A stretch of DNA of 64,000 bases, from assembly GCA_046758965.1 (NCBI GenBank), contig JBHIBG010000005.1:1-64000 (forward strand), in the 5' to 3' direction. This DNA comes from Candidatus Methylomirabilia bacterium. Its GTDB lineage: Bacteria; Methylomirabilota; Methylomirabilia; Rokubacteriales; CSP1-6. Position numbers and translations under genes: made by a program. Below the pieces are notes generated by a model. It did not search any database and was not told the origin of the DNA. It saw only the letters and a program-made list of their open reading frames with translations. Below, piece after piece: positions 34,181 through 47,089 of this stretch (within the stretch, counting starts at the first letter, position 1; each line of letters begins with the position of its first letter).

Positions 34181-35275
34181 ATGCAAATCCAGCTTGACCG
34201 AGACACGTTTCTCCGAGGGCTCCAAATGGTGCAAAACATCGTTGAGCCCCGACAAACCCTGCCTATCTTAGCCAATGTCCTACTGGAAGCGACCGAGGAT
34301 TCGGTTAGACTGACGACCACGGATCTCGAGCTCGGAGCTCGGGTCTCGGTTCCCGCCGAAGTGAGATCCCAGGGGGTAATCACACTCTCTGCGCGGAAGT
34401 TAATGGAGATCGTGAAGGAGCTTCCGCCCGCACACCTCTCGATTGAAAGTGAGGAGCAGTCGAGGCTTTCGCTTCGATGCGAGGGGGTCGCCTATAGGCT
34501 AGCCACATTAGCCGCTGACGAGTTCCCGGCGGTGATCTCCGGTGAACCGCTAGCGGAGATTTCCCTGGATACGAAACTGCTTCGGGAAATGCTCGCGCAG
34601 ACGAGCTTCGCAATTTCGCACGACGAAAGCCGTTATGCTCTAAATGGCCTCCTATTCTCACTCCAACCAGGGGAGCTCCGTCTCATAGCGACTGACGGTC
34701 ACCGCCTCGCTATGGCGAGCCGACGAGTGCCGGGCGGGGCAGAGACAAGTAGTGGGATCGTGCCTCGGAAGGCGGTCCACGAGGTGGCACGCGTGCTCGG
34801 GGCAGGGGACCAAGTCCAGATTGGACTAGCCGAAAACCAATTTCTACTCCGCATGCCCAACTTCCTACTAACGGCACGCCTGATCGAAGGGCAGTTTCCG
34901 AACTACACACAGGTAATCCCAAGAGAGCAGCCAAGACGCCTCGTGCTGTCCCGAACAGCCCTTGTGGCGGCGCTTCGACGCGTCTCACTCCTCTCCGAGG
35001 AGCGCACAAGACCGATCAAGCTCTCCCTTGTCAGTGGGAGCTTGAAAGTGAGCGCCTCGAGCTCGGAACTCGGAGAGGCGGAGGAGACACTCCGGGTGGA
35101 GGACTCCGGGGAGGAGCTTACGATCGGGTTTAATTCCCGCTACTTACTCGATGCACTGAATCCGCTGGAAACGGACCAGGTCGTATTCGAGCTGAAGGAT
35201 GGCCTGAGCCCCGGAGTGCTCAAAAGCTTTGGAGAGGAGGCGTATCTCTGTGTTATAATGCCTATGAGGATTTAG
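34181..35275 (+). CDS. dnaN: DNA polymerase III beta clamp
   Basis: TLPILANV, ATDGHRL, EGQFPNY, GFNSRYLLD, VIMPMRI. Confidence 0.98.
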   Translation: MQIQLDRDTFLRGLQMVQNIVEPRQTLPILANVLLEATEDSVRLTTTDLELGARVSVPAEVRSQGVITLSARKLMEIVKELPPAHLSIESEEQSRLSLRCEGVAYRLATLAADEFPAVISGEPLAEISLDTKLLREMLAQTSFAISHDESRYALNGLLFSLQPGELRLIATDGHRLAMASRRVPGGAETSSGIVPRKAVHEVARVLGAGDQVQIGLAENQFLLRMPNFLLTARLIEGQFPNYTQVIPREQPRRLVLSRTALVAALRRVSLLSEERTRPIKLSLVSGSLKVSASSSELGEAEETLRVEDSGEELTIGFNSRYLLDALNPLETDQVVFELKDGLSPGVLKSFGEEAYLCVIMPMRI

Positions 35276-35347
35276 CTCACGATGGGAGTTAGATAGGGTG
35301 GGTAGCCGATGGGGTCGTCCCCGTGACCCCCACACCGAGTGCCTTAG

Positions 35348-37882
<2,535 letters not shown>

Positions 37883-37894
37883 CCTGCCCGTCGA

Positions 37895-40318
37895 ATGTCC
37901 CCAGAGCGTCAGGTTCCCGTCCCGATCGAAGAGGAGATGCGGCGGTCCTACCTGGACTACGCCATGTCCGTCATCATCGGGCGGGCGTTGCCAGACATCC
38001 GCGATGGCCTCAAACCTGTCCAGCGCCGGGTGCTCTACGCCATGCAGGAGCTGGGCCTGGCATGGAACCGGCCGTACAAGAAGGCCGCCCGCGTGGTGGG
38101 GGAGGTCCTGGGCAAGTACCACCCTCACGGCGATGCCCCGGTGTACGAGGCCCTGGTTCGGATGGTCCAGGAGTTCACCCTCCGCTACCCCCTCGTGGAC
38201 GGGCAGGGGAACTTCGGCTCCGTGGATGGCGATCCGCCGGCGGCGATGCGCTATACCGAGGTGCGACTGGCAAAGATCTCCCACGAGATGCTGGCAGACA
38301 TCGACAAGGAGACGGTCGAGTTTGCGCCCAACTTCGACGATTCCCTCCAGGAACCTGTCGTCCTTCCCACCAGGCTCCCGAACCTTCTGGTGAATGGCTC
38401 CTCGGGCATCGCTGTGGGCATGGCCACGAACATTCCACCCCACAACTTGGGGGAAGTGGTGGATGGGCTCGTGGTGCTCATCGACAACCCGGAAGCCTCC
38501 ATCGCGGACCTCATGAAAGTTGTCCGGGGGCCGGATTTCCCGACTCATGGGTACATCTACGGAACCGGCGGGATTCGGGAGGCCTACGCCACGGGGCGCG
38601 GCGTGATCACGATGCGCGCCAAGGCCCATGTCGAGAAGATACGGGGAGGGCGGGAGGCTGCGGTGATCACGGAGCTTCCCTATCAGGTGAACAAGGCTTC
38701 GCTGATCGAGAAGATCGCCGAGCTCAGTCGCGACAAGAAGGTCGAGGGGATCTCGGAGGTGCGCGACGAGTCGAATCGGGACGGTATCCGGGTCGTCCTG
38801 GAGCTCTCCCGGGGGGAGATCCCTCAGATCGTCCTGAACCAGCTCTACAAGCACACCGCGCTCCAGTCGACCTTCGGAGTCAACATGGTGGCGCTGGTAG
38901 ACCGTCGCCCTCAGCTGGTGACCCTCAAGGAGATGCTGGAGGCTTTTATCCGCTTCCGGCGCGAGGTGGTGACCCGCCGGGCTCGCTACGACCTGGCTCG
39001 CGCCGAGCACCGCGCGCACGTTCTCGAGGGGCTGCGGAGGGCGGTCGAGCAGATCGACCTGGTGATCCGCCTCATCCGGGGCGCCCAGCACCCCGAGGCC
39101 GCCCGCGACGCCCTGATGCAGCGGCTCGAGCTGACGGAGACTCAGGCGAAGGCGATTCTCGACATGCGGCTCCAGCGGCTGACTCAGCTGGAGCGCCAGA
39201 AGATCGCCGAGGAGCACGAACAGACGCTTGTGGAGATCGCCGACCTCAGAGATATCCTCGCCTCCGAGACCCGACTCATGGGGATCATCAAGGGCGAGCT
39301 GGTAGTGCTGAAAGCGGAGTACGGTGACGAGCGCCGGACCGAGCTCCTCACGGAGACCTCGGAGTTCACCATCGAGGATCTGATCGCCGACGAGGAGATG
39401 GCGGTCACGATCACCCGGTCGGGCTATATCAAGCGCACTCACGTGGACCTCTATCGGAGCCAACGCCGGGGCGGCAAGGGCGTCACCGGAATGGAGACGA
39501 GGGAAGAGGACCTGGTTACGGATCTCTTCGTCGCCACGACGCACTCCTCGCTTCTCTTCTTCACCAACCTCGGCAAGGTCCATTGGCTCAAGGTGCACGA
39601 GATCTCGGAAGGGGCGCGGCACTCGCGGGGCAAAGCTGTGGTGAACCTCCTGCAGCTGGCCGACGGGGAGCGCGTCGCCACCTGCGTGCCGGTCCGCGAC
39701 TTCGAGGCGGGCCACATCTTCTTCATCACCAAGCAGGGGACAGTTAAGAAAACCGAGCTCCAGGCGTTCTCGCGACCGATGCGCGGGGGGATTCGAGCCA
39801 TTACGCTGGAAGGCGGTGATGAAGTGATCGCCGCGCTTCGCACTGATGGCCAGCGCGAGGTCGTGCTGTCGACCCGACAAGGAATGCTCATCCGGTTCTC
39901 GGAGGAGGATGTGCGTTCCATGGGGCGCGCAGCCACCGGGGTCAAGGGAATCGAGCTAGAGGGAGGCGACCACGTGATCGCCGCTACCGTGGTTGACAAT
40001 GGGGCCTCGATCCTGACGGTCACGGAGCGAGGCTACGGCAAGCAGACCCCGCTCCAGGAGTACCGGCTCCAGGGTCGGGGAGGAAAGGGGATTATCGACA
40101 TCAGGACCGGGGGGCGCAACGGCGCCGTGGTGGGGATGGCCCAGGTCTGGCAGGGCGACGATATCCTGATGGTGACGACCAAGGGGAAGGTGATCCGCTT
40201 CCCGGCCGCCGAGGTCTCCTCGCAGGGGCGTAATACCTGGGGCGTCAGGGTCATCGATCTGGACCCCGACGATCACGTCGGGAGCCTGACCCGGCTGGTC
40301 GGGGAGCAGGAATCGTAG
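37895..40318 (+). CDS. gyrA: DNA gyrase subunit A
   Basis: [14 protein letters not shown], GyrA box QRRGGKG. Confidence 0.98.
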   Translation: MSPERQVPVPIEEEMRRSYLDYAMSVIIGRALPDIRDGLKPVQRRVLYAMQELGLAWNRPYKKAARVVGEVLGKYHPHGDAPVYEALVRMVQEFTLRYPLVDGQGNFGSVDGDPPAAMRYTEVRLAKISHEMLADIDKETVEFAPNFDDSLQEPVVLPTRLPNLLVNGSSGIAVGMATNIPPHNLGEVVDGLVVLIDNPEASIADLMKVVRGPDFPTHGYIYGTGGIREAYATGRGVITMRAKAHVEKIRGGREAAVITELPYQVNKASLIEKIAELSRDKKVEGISEVRDESNRDGIRVVLELSRGEIPQIVLNQLYKHTALQSTFGVNMVALVDRRPQLVTLKEMLEAFIRFRREVVTRRARYDLARAEHRAHVLEGLRRAVEQIDLVIRLIRGAQHPEAARDALMQRLELTETQAKAILDMRLQRLTQLERQKIAEEHEQTLVEIADLRDILASETRLMGIIKGELVVLKAEYGDERRTELLTETSEFTIEDLIADEEMAVTITRSGYIKRTHVDLYRSQRRGGKGVTGMETREEDLVTDLFVATTHSSLLFFTNLGKVHWLKVHEISEGARHSRGKAVVNLLQLADGERVATCVPVRDFEAGHIFFITKQGTVKKTELQAFSRPMRGGIRAITLEGGDEVIAALRTDGQREVVLSTRQGMLIRFSEEDVRSMGRAATGVKGIELEGGDHVIAATVVDNGASILTVTERGYGKQTPLQEYRLQGRGGKGIIDIRTGGRNGAVVGMAQVWQGDDILMVTTKGKVIRFPAAEVSSQGRNTWGVRVIDLDPDDHVGSLTRLVGEQES

Positions 40319-40403
40319 GCCGGCCCGCGGGGTTGATCAAGGCCGCTCCGGCGGCCTATTTTTGTTCCAACGCCCGCCACTCGAGGGGGAGGGGAGGGGA
40401 GCC

Positions 40404-41687
40404 GTGCTGAGCCTTAAGCTCATCCGCGAGAGCCCGGGTGAGGTTGAACGGGCGCTCCAGGCGCGCGCGCGGGAGCTCTCGCTCAAGGCCGTCCTGGAGG
40501 CCGACACGGAGAGGCGGCGGCTGCTCAGAGACGTGGAGACCCTCAAGGCCGTTCGGAACCGCGCCTCGGAGGCGATCGGCCGGGCCAAGCGCCGCGGGGA
40601 GGATCCCGTGGATGAGGTCTCCCGGATGCGGGAGGTCGGGGAGCGGATCAAGGCCCTGGACGCCGAGCTCAAGGTGGTGGACGACCAGATCCAAACCCGC
40701 CTGCTCCAGATCCCGAACCTTCCACACCCGAGCGTTCCGTCGGGCGGGGCCGAGCAGAACCGGGAAATCCGGCGATGGGGCGAGCCCCGTCGGTTTGCTT
40801 TCGAGCCTAAGCCTCACTGGGAGCTCGGCGAGCGCCTCGGCCTCCTGGATTTTGCTCGGGCGAGCAGGATGGCCAAGTCTCGCTTCGTCGTGTTGTGGGG
40901 TCTGGCCGCACGCCTCGAGCGGGCCCTTACGCAATTCATGCTGGATCTCCACACGCGCGAGCACGGATATCGGGAGGTGTGGGTTCCTCATCTGGTCAAC
41001 GCAGAGACCATGCTCGGGATGGCTCAGCTTCCCAAGTTCGAGGATCAGCTCTTCAAAATCCAGGAGCCTGAGGGCGGCCGAGCTCTCTACCTGATCCCTA
41101 CGGCGGAGGTCCCTGTGACCTGCCTCCACGCGGGCGAAATCCTTTCCGAGCAGGAGCTGCCGAAGCGCTACGTGGCCTTCACCCCGTGCTACCGGCGCGA
41201 GGCGGGGACCTACGGGCAGGATACGCGGGGGATGATCCGGCAGCACCAGTTCGATAAGGTGGAGCTGGTGAAGGTTGCGCCACCGGCCATCTCGTACGAC
41301 GAGCTCGAGGGGATGGTGAGGGACGCCGAGGAGGTGCTCAGGCGGCTTGAGCTTCCCTACCGGGTGGTGCTCCTCGCGGCCGGCGACATGGGGTTTGCGG
41401 CCGCAAAGACCTATGATCTGGAGGTGTGGCTCCCGGGAGAAGGAAAGTACCGGGAGATCTCCTCGTGCTCCAACTGCGAGGCCTTTCAGGCTCACCGCGC
41501 GGAGATTCGGTACCGTCCGACCGGAGGAGCGAAGGCGGAGTACTGCCACACCCTGAACGGGTCAGGGGTCGCTGTCGGGCGCACGCTCGTCGCCATCCTC
41601 GAGAACTACCAGGAGACGGACGGGAGCGTGGGGATCCCTCCGGCCCTTCGACCGTACATGGATGGCCTGGAGCGGATCTTTCCCTGA
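40404..41687 (+). CDS. serS: Seryl-tRNA synthetase
   Basis: LIPTAEV, RREAG..RQHQFDKVE, EISSCSN, HTLNGSG. Confidence 0.98.
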   Translation: MLSLKLIRESPGEVERALQARARELSLKAVLEADTERRRLLRDVETLKAVRNRASEAIGRAKRRGEDPVDEVSRMREVGERIKALDAELKVVDDQIQTRLLQIPNLPHPSVPSGGAEQNREIRRWGEPRRFAFEPKPHWELGERLGLLDFARASRMAKSRFVVLWGLAARLERALTQFMLDLHTREHGYREVWVPHLVNAETMLGMAQLPKFEDQLFKIQEPEGGRALYLIPTAEVPVTCLHAGEILSEQELPKRYVAFTPCYRREAGTYGQDTRGMIRQHQFDKVELVKVAPPAISYDELEGMVRDAEEVLRRLELPYRVVLLAAGDMGFAAAKTYDLEVWLPGEGKYREISSCSNCEAFQAHRAEIRYRPTGGAKAEYCHTLNGSGVAVGRTLVAILENYQETDGSVGIPPALRPYMDGLERIFP

Positions 41688-41766
41688 GAGACTTCTCTCT
41701 CGTGCAGTGTAGTCCGGGGGCCGGAGGGCCCAAGAAACGTTCGGGCACAGTTAAGAGGAGGGAACC

Positions 41767-42081
41767 ATGATCCGCGTGGCGGTGCTGTATCAGGCCAAGG
41801 CAGGGGCGAAGTTTGACCACGAGTACTACGCCGCGAAACACATGCCGATGGTGAAGGAGCGCCTCAGGAACTACGGGCTGGTGAGGACTGAGATCGACAA
41901 GGGGCTCGGCGGGGGCGCGCCGGGGGCTCCGGCGCCGTATGTCTCGATCGGCTATGTATACTTCAACTCCGTCAGTGACTTCCAGGCCGGAATGGCCAAG
42001 CACGGCCAGGAAATCATGGCGGATGTCCCGAACTATACGGACATCAGGCCTGAGGTGCAGGTGAGCGAGATCGTCGGCTGA
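41767..42081 (+). CDS. EthD-family protein
   Basis: FDHEYY..KHMP, DVPNYTD..P.VQVSE. Confidence 0.85.
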   Translation: MIRVAVLYQAKAGAKFDHEYYAAKHMPMVKERLRNYGLVRTEIDKGLGGGAPGAPAPYVSIGYVYFNSVSDFQAGMAKHGQEIMADVPNYTDIRPEVQVSEIVG

Positions 42082-42113
42082 CCGCGGGAGATAGCGCGGT
42101 CTCGGATGACATC

Positions 42114-42201
42114 GGAGGGGTGGCCGAGCGGCTGAAGGCGCTGGTCTTGAAAACCAGAGCCCCGCAAGGGGTCGGGGGTTCGAATCCCTCCCCCTCCGCC
42201 A
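42114..42201 (+). tRNA. tRNA-Ser(TGA)
   Basis: CTGGT-CT-TGA-AA-ACCAG arm, variable arm, G73, CCA. Confidence 0.97.
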
Positions 42202-42486
42202 ATGATTTCACGAGGTTAGCCACACCAGGCCAGTCCGCAGCCGTTCGTCCGCTAGAGCCCACTTACCCGGACCGTGCCCCTTTCTTGGGCGGGGGCTCAT
42301 CTGTTAACTCTGCCAATGAGGATCGGGGCAGGTGTCGGCACGGTCCAGGGACTCTAGAGAACGCAACCTCGGGTCGGGGCCGTCCACTGTCTGCGGCCTT
42401 GCTGAATGGGCCGTTCCCTCCTCCGGGGACAGGGGCTGGTGTGGGGAAGTTGGCAGCCCCAATGGTGAGCGCGAGCCGCGCGATGT

Positions 42487-43350
42487 TTATCCGTCTCCTC
42501 CGGAGTCAAGAGCCTCCGGGACGCTCGATTGCCGTTTATCAAGATGACAGGACTCAGATGGGGGCCAGTGAAGAAGAACATGAGCATAGCGGCTTGGATC
42601 CATGTCGGCCTCGGTACGCTGAAAGTACGCCTGCCAGAAACGGCCGATGTTTTCTGCCAGATCAGCTGACCGCGCGGAAGCCCCCGACACGTAGACGCAA
42701 ACGCCCGAGAGGTTGGGAATTGAACCTTTCGCGTCCAGCTCGGAAAGGATCTTTTGGGTTGTGGCTGGACTCCATGGAATCTTATCAAAACGATAGGGCG
42801 GATAATCTTCGATCATGTCCGACATCAGGACCAGGACCTTGCGTCTCGGCTCATTGTGGAAAAGTTTTTGGGCAATCAGGAGAGAACTGAGAATATCAGT
42901 TCGCTGGCTAGAGTAACGTCTTGCAAACATCTCAGCCACCTGGGCCCGGATCGTATCCTTGAGGCGGGCCACCTGGCTGTCGATATCCTTGACCCGGCGG
43001 TTGTATTGCAGCACGTTGTCCAGCCATCCGTTGAACTCGGGTCTCGGAGGAAATGTCGCTTCGACAAGGGGACGGAAATCCGTGAGGGTCTTGTCGTTGA
43101 TGGGGGCGATGAGGATTCGATCTCCCGGCGACAGAGAAGGGACGATCCACTTTGCGATGTCCTGCTCGAACAGCGCTCTGTCCTTCTTCCCGATGCTTTC
43201 GGAGAAGTCTATAAAGATGACGATCTCTGTCCCAAGTGGCGCCGTGGCCTGTGAGGAGGGTGTACATCCCGCCGCCAGGAGAAACCCTCCCATGAGTAGC
43301 AGAACAGTCCAGGCGGGTATCCGAGATGGGAATAGAGAATCAGCGACCAT
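42487..43350 (-). CDS. Lipoprotein with vWA-like domain
   Basis: Lipobox LAAGC; IVIFIDFSES (DxSxS), TDI, VLVLMSDM. Confidence 0.7.
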   Translation of the reverse strand: MVADSLFPSRIPAWTVLLLMGGFLLAAGCTPSSQATAPLGTEIVIFIDFSESIGKKDRALFEQDIAKWIVPSLSPGDRILIAPINDKTLTDFRPLVEATFPPRPEFNGWLDNVLQYNRRVKDIDSQVARLKDTIRAQVAEMFARRYSSQRTDILSSLLIAQKLFHNEPRRKVLVLMSDMIEDYPPYRFDKIPWSPATTQKILSELDAKGSIPNLSGVCVYVSGASARSADLAENIGRFWQAYFQRTEADMDPSRYAHVLLHWPPSESCHLDKRQSSVPEALDSGGDG

Positions 43351-44356
43351 CAGGAGGACCCCCTGCACTGTTCAGGGAAACCTCCGGCCACCATTGCAAC
43401 TCGCGGAACTCGGGATTTTTTCTAAACGAAGGTGGAGGCAGCAAGCGGCGGAACCGCATGTTCGTCTGACGGTAGAGAGCGATACGCTGACTGGCTAGCG
43501 CTCTGACTTGTTCAATCTGGCTTTTGGCCCTTTCGATCTCCCCGTTAAGCTTGGTGCCGATCCGGAAGAGTTTTCTTCGAACGGCGTTTCTCTTCCGGTC
43601 CAGAAAGACGAGGGAGTTGTGGGAGGTGTCCAGCTTTTCGTCAGGGTCATGGGCGAAGAAGGAGCTCACCATGGCTCCACAGAACACCAGCGCGTTGAGC
43701 GCGAAGAGAGCATACGCCAGGTTCCCCTGGTCTGCCGGCGCCGGCCCGGGTTCGGAGACCTGAGAGAAAATATAGGCATTCCGCAGCATGCTGACTGCAA
43801 AGAGGGCCGCTCCTACGGTGACCGGGATCAAAATCCCGACGAGGACGTTTCCGGCGATTCGCGGAATCGACTGCCTCAGGTGGATACCGATGAAGAGCCC
43901 GAGCAGGGGGATGATGATGGCGAGGGTGGACGCCATGACATACGTGAGGTACTCCGCTTCGCCGAACAACCGAAAGACAATGGTGTTCAAGGGAAATTCG
44001 CCGATCGCCAGGAACAGGATCAGAAGCAGATGGTACATGTATGGGAAAGGAGCCGCGAGCTCCCGCCCCAATTCGCTCTTCCTGGTCGTGTACAGATCGA
44101 CGATTGCATTGAGCCGGGATTCAAGGTCTTCCAAACGTTTCTTGTAGGGTTCGAAGACGGGCTGGAGCTTTGCGATACGGAGCGACGCTTTCTGGTATAT
44201 CCGCTGGACCTCTTGTTCTGCGTGAGCGATCAGCACCTGCTCAAACTGCGCAGGCATATACGACCCCATCTCGGGGATATTTCTCTCGCCGTCTTTCTGG
44301 CCTTCAGCCTGGATGCGGCTCTCGTCCGTAAGGGGAAGGGATGTCTTTGTCCACAT
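43340..44356 (-). CDS. Four-TM membrane protein flanked by coiled coils
   Basis: Four hydrophobic segments; stop overlaps the start of the vWA gene. Confidence 0.75.
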   Translation of the reverse strand: MWTKTSLPLTDESRIQAEGQKDGERNIPEMGSYMPAQFEQVLIAHAEQEVQRIYQKASLRIAKLQPVFEPYKKRLEDLESRLNAIVDLYTTRKSELGRELAAPFPYMYHLLLILFLAIGEFPLNTIVFRLFGEAEYLTYVMASTLAIIIPLLGLFIGIHLRQSIPRIAGNVLVGILIPVTVGAALFAVSMLRNAYIFSQVSEPGPAPADQGNLAYALFALNALVFCGAMVSSFFAHDPDEKLDTSHNSLVFLDRKRNAVRRKLFRIGTKLNGEIERAKSQIEQVRALASQRIALYRQTNMRFRRLLPPPSFRKNPEFRELQWWPEVSLNSAGGPPDGR

Positions 44357-44384
44357 GGTTGCTCTTTGAGTCTAGGGAGTGGCG

Positions 44385-44702
44385 CTATGTGGTGATTTCG
44401 TGTTTCCTGAGAAGCGATGTCAGCTCGTCGAGCAGGAACTTCACGTTGTCCAAAACCGTGTCCTCCGTTGAGGAGAGATCGGTCATGGCCTTCATCATTC
44501 CTTGGTATTCGACTCTCAACTGGGAGAGGGTGTGGTGAATCGTATCCAGGCTGTTTCGGAGTTGGTCCCGGTCCTGTTTCAGGGAATGCCAGCGCTTTTG
44601 GAGCGCCTCCAGCTGGTCGCGCATGTCGCTGGATTGCTGAACCAGTTCCTTGTAGTGACCGATGGCCTCAATGATGCGTTTGACTTCGGTGTCACTCAGC
44701 AT
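44385..44702 (-). CDS. Small coiled-coil protein
   Basis: ATG with AAGGGAG RBS; heptad pattern. Confidence 0.7.
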   Translation of the reverse strand: MLSDTEVKRIIEAIGHYKELVQQSSDMRDQLEALQKRWHSLKQDRDQLRNSLDTIHHTLSQLRVEYQGMMKAMTDLSSTEDTVLDNVKFLLDELTSLLRKHEITT

Positions 44703-44880
44703 TGCCCAACTCCCTTTCTATGAGGTGTGCTTCGTGGACGGCGTGGGGAGAGACTTGGGAGAAGCTGAAGGGGCTGGCGACGCGGCCACCCTACTCGACC
44801 GCTTCGTCTTCCTCGAGGCACAACACCCCCCCCGTCTGCCACACTCCCTCCTTCTCGACTCCGGTGCCGCAGTAGGGAGT

Positions 44881-44895
44881 ACAAACCCCGTGCCA
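44881..44895 (-). promoter_or_regulatory. Possible sigma54 promoter TGGCACGGGGTTTGT with adjacent palindrome CCATGCGA-CA-TCGCATGG (44907-44924)
   Basis: Perfect -24 box; -12 reads TTGT rather than TTGC. Confidence 0.45.
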
Positions 44896-45072
44896 ACCTA
44901 ACATACCCATGCGACATCGCATGGCAACACGCCGAAAAATAGAAGAATTTCGTCAAGCACCGCCGAGGCTTCCAGGGTGGGAGCTAGCTGGCAGGGCGGC
45001 AAAAATGGTCAGACTGGCAAAGAATCGTGGGAATACGTCCGTGGAGTGGAGAACCGGAGGGCAAGAACAAGC

Positions 45073-45570
45073 TCACCATGGAAGGCGCAGGGAAGAGTTC
45101 CAGATCGCGGCTCCCGCTGCTACCGCGAGGAGGACGAGTATCACGGCCAGCAGCGCCCGCCGCCAAGGGCTCCGCTTGGCGCGTTTCGCCGTGGTCGCCC
45201 TTGCGCCAGCAGCCCGGGGCTTGATCCGGACCCGGTCCGCCCGTATCGGCTCAGCGACGTTCTTGGCGCCGCGCTCGCCCAGCGATTCAGACTCCATGCT
45301 CCACCCTGTTTGTCCGGATCGGACCGGGTGGTACAGCTCGCCCTTGATGATGCGAACCCCCAAATGCGTGATCGAAATGTCTCCACCAAGGGTGGCGAAC
45401 CGGAGCAACCGTTCCTCATCGAGGTATTGCGCGACCATGCTCGTTTCTTGACGCGCGAAACCCAGTCTTTCCCCTAACGCCCACATATTGACAGTGGCGG
45501 ATTGGCTCCCTTCCGTCTCTTGGCATAAGGCGTGGAGATAAACGAATCGCTTGTGTTTGAGCTCGTCCAT
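45073..45570 (-). CDS. Winged-helix-like protein with C-terminal TM anchor
   Basis: VNMWALGERLGF..AQYL..E.LL..GG.ISITHLG; hydrophobic C-terminus. Confidence 0.6.
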   Translation of the reverse strand: MDELKHKRFVYLHALCQETEGSQSATVNMWALGERLGFARQETSMVAQYLDEERLLRFATLGGDISITHLGVRIIKGELYHPVRSGQTGWSMESESLGERGAKNVAEPIRADRVRIKPRAAGARATTAKRAKRSPWRRALLAVILVLLAVAAGAAIWNSSLRLPW

Positions 45571-45627
45571 GGCGCACCCATCTGGAGCGTGGTGGCGAGC
45601 ACGAGGGAACCCGGCAGGATTCCGAGC

Positions 45628-46215
45628 CTATAGAGCCTTGACCTTGAAATGTGTCCGGCGGTTCCGGGCCCAGCACGCCTCGTTGGTCTTCGTGCAGACC
45701 GGGTGCTCCTCGCCGTAGCTAGTGATTGTGATCCGATTGGCAGCCACGCCCTGGGCGATGAGGTAGCTCTTCGTGGATTCCGCCCGGCGTTCGCCGAGGG
45801 CCTGGTTGTACTCGTTGGTCCCTCGCTCGTCGGCGTGCCCTTCGATGAGGATCAGATAGTCGGGGTTGGCCTCCATCCACTTGGCGTTCTCGTCCAGGGT
45901 CGTGACGTCGTCCGGGCGGATGCCGTACCTATCGAAGTCGAAATGCAGGTCCTTGAGGTCAGGCCTGACATGGAACTCTCGGGGGGACGGCGGCACGAGA
46001 GGCGAAGCCTCAATGCTGCCCGAACCACGCGGCTCGCCGGGAGCGCTCGAAGCCACAACGTCGAGGTCTGACGCGTCCGGCTTCGCGATGACCTGGCCGT
46101 CTGTGGAGTCGCTCCCGCCGCCCGCGGACGTGGGCGACTGGTTGCAGCCCGCGAGTGCTCCGGCGGCAAATACGGAAACCAAGATGAAGAATCCTACACG
46201 CGCAACTCTGTCCAC
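45628..46215 (-). CDS. Pal/OmpA-family peptidoglycan-associated lipoprotein
   Basis: Lipobox LAGC; FDFD, IEGHADERGTNEYN.ALGERRA, SYGEE.P, NRR. Confidence 0.9.
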   Translation of the reverse strand: MDRVARVGFFILVSVFAAGALAGCNQSPTSAGGGSDSTDGQVIAKPDASDLDVVASSAPGEPRGSGSIEASPLVPPSPREFHVRPDLKDLHFDFDRYGIRPDDVTTLDENAKWMEANPDYLILIEGHADERGTNEYNQALGERRAESTKSYLIAQGVAANRITITSYGEEHPVCTKTNEACWARNRRTHFKVKAL

Positions 46216-46467
46216 CTCGCACCTCCCACTCCCTGCCACGCGGCGGGGTTGTTCTCGTTGAGAACTGTCCGGGCGTTGGGTTTGCAACCAGGGTGCCACC
46301 CGCAGAAGACTCGATAGAAGCACTTTCAAATGGAGGTGTTAGATCTTGCATATTGTGAGCTGCTGGAGGCCGGAGTTGTGCCAGAGTGGCAAAATATGAC
46401 ACATTGGTCTCATCAGTTGAAATGCTGGAGCGGTTGAAGCTCACCAACAGGTCAAAATGCCGGTAGG

Positions 46468-46802
46468 GTGTGGGCCGGGTCCGCCTTTGAACGGATCGGT
46501 GCGGATCCGTACGCGGCCGCCGAATGTTTCAGCTGCTGCGCCACGCCGGGGTCGAGGAGCTGGAATTTCGGCCCTGTCTGGTTGGGGCAACGAGCAGCGA
46601 TCCCCTGGTCGACTACTTGCCGGACACCACCAGATCGGTTCGACAGCTGATTATCGACTACGGGCTGATGACGGGGGCTGAGCTGGAGGAAGCGTCGGGA
46701 ACGTGCAGGCGTCACCTTGCCGACCTCGATACGATCACCACGTCGGTGGTTGTCATTCAGCTCTGGGGCCGCAAACCGGCCTGCCGAGCGGAAGCGCGGT
46801 GA
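46468..46802 (+). pseudogene. C-terminal remnant, probably of a SAM-dependent methyltransferase, frameshifted
   Basis: AFERIGADPY in one frame continues as MFQLLRHAG...IQLWGRKP in another; no N-terminal SAM motif. Confidence 0.45.
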
Positions 46803-46862
46803 AATCGCCCGGCCTTGGCTGGTGGCTTCGAAATGCTTTATAGTAGGCTCTGCTGATCCTGT

Positions 46863-46956
46863 GGAGAGGTGGCCGAGTTGGCCGAAGGCAGCCGCCTGCT
46901 AAGCGGTTACAGGGGGAAGACCTCTGTCCCGGGTTCGAATCCCGGCCTCTCCGCCA
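46863..46956 (+). tRNA. tRNA-Ser(GCT)
   Basis: GCCGC-CT-GCT-AA-GCGGT arm, long variable arm, CCA. Confidence 0.97.
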
Positions 46957-46958
46957 CC

Positions 46959-47035
46959 GCGCCCATAGCTCAGATGGATAGAGCGTCGGACTACGAATCC
47001 GAAGGCCAGAGGTTCGAATCCTCTTGGGCGCGCCA
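46959..47035 (+). tRNA. tRNA-Arg(ACG)
   Basis: TCGGA-CT-ACG-AA-TCCGA arm, CCA. Confidence 0.97.
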
Positions 47036-47089
47036 GACGGGGCGGGGATTGGGGGGGCGGTGCCCCCCCAATCATCCCCACGCGCGCAG

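Noticed and set aside
42114..42201. tRNA with 'TGA' anticodon as tRNA-Sec or a UGA suppressor
   Set aside because: Anticodon TGA reads UCA (Ser); tRNA-Sec needs anticodon TCA. The 93-95 nt tRNAs at 46863, 47567 and 47741 also have ordinary Ser anticodons and 7-bp acceptor stems. No selC was seen in the window.
42202..46862. Prophage or active integrative element
   Set aside because: No integrase, transposase, phage structural gene or duplicated tRNA 3' end was seen; kept only as an accessory insert.
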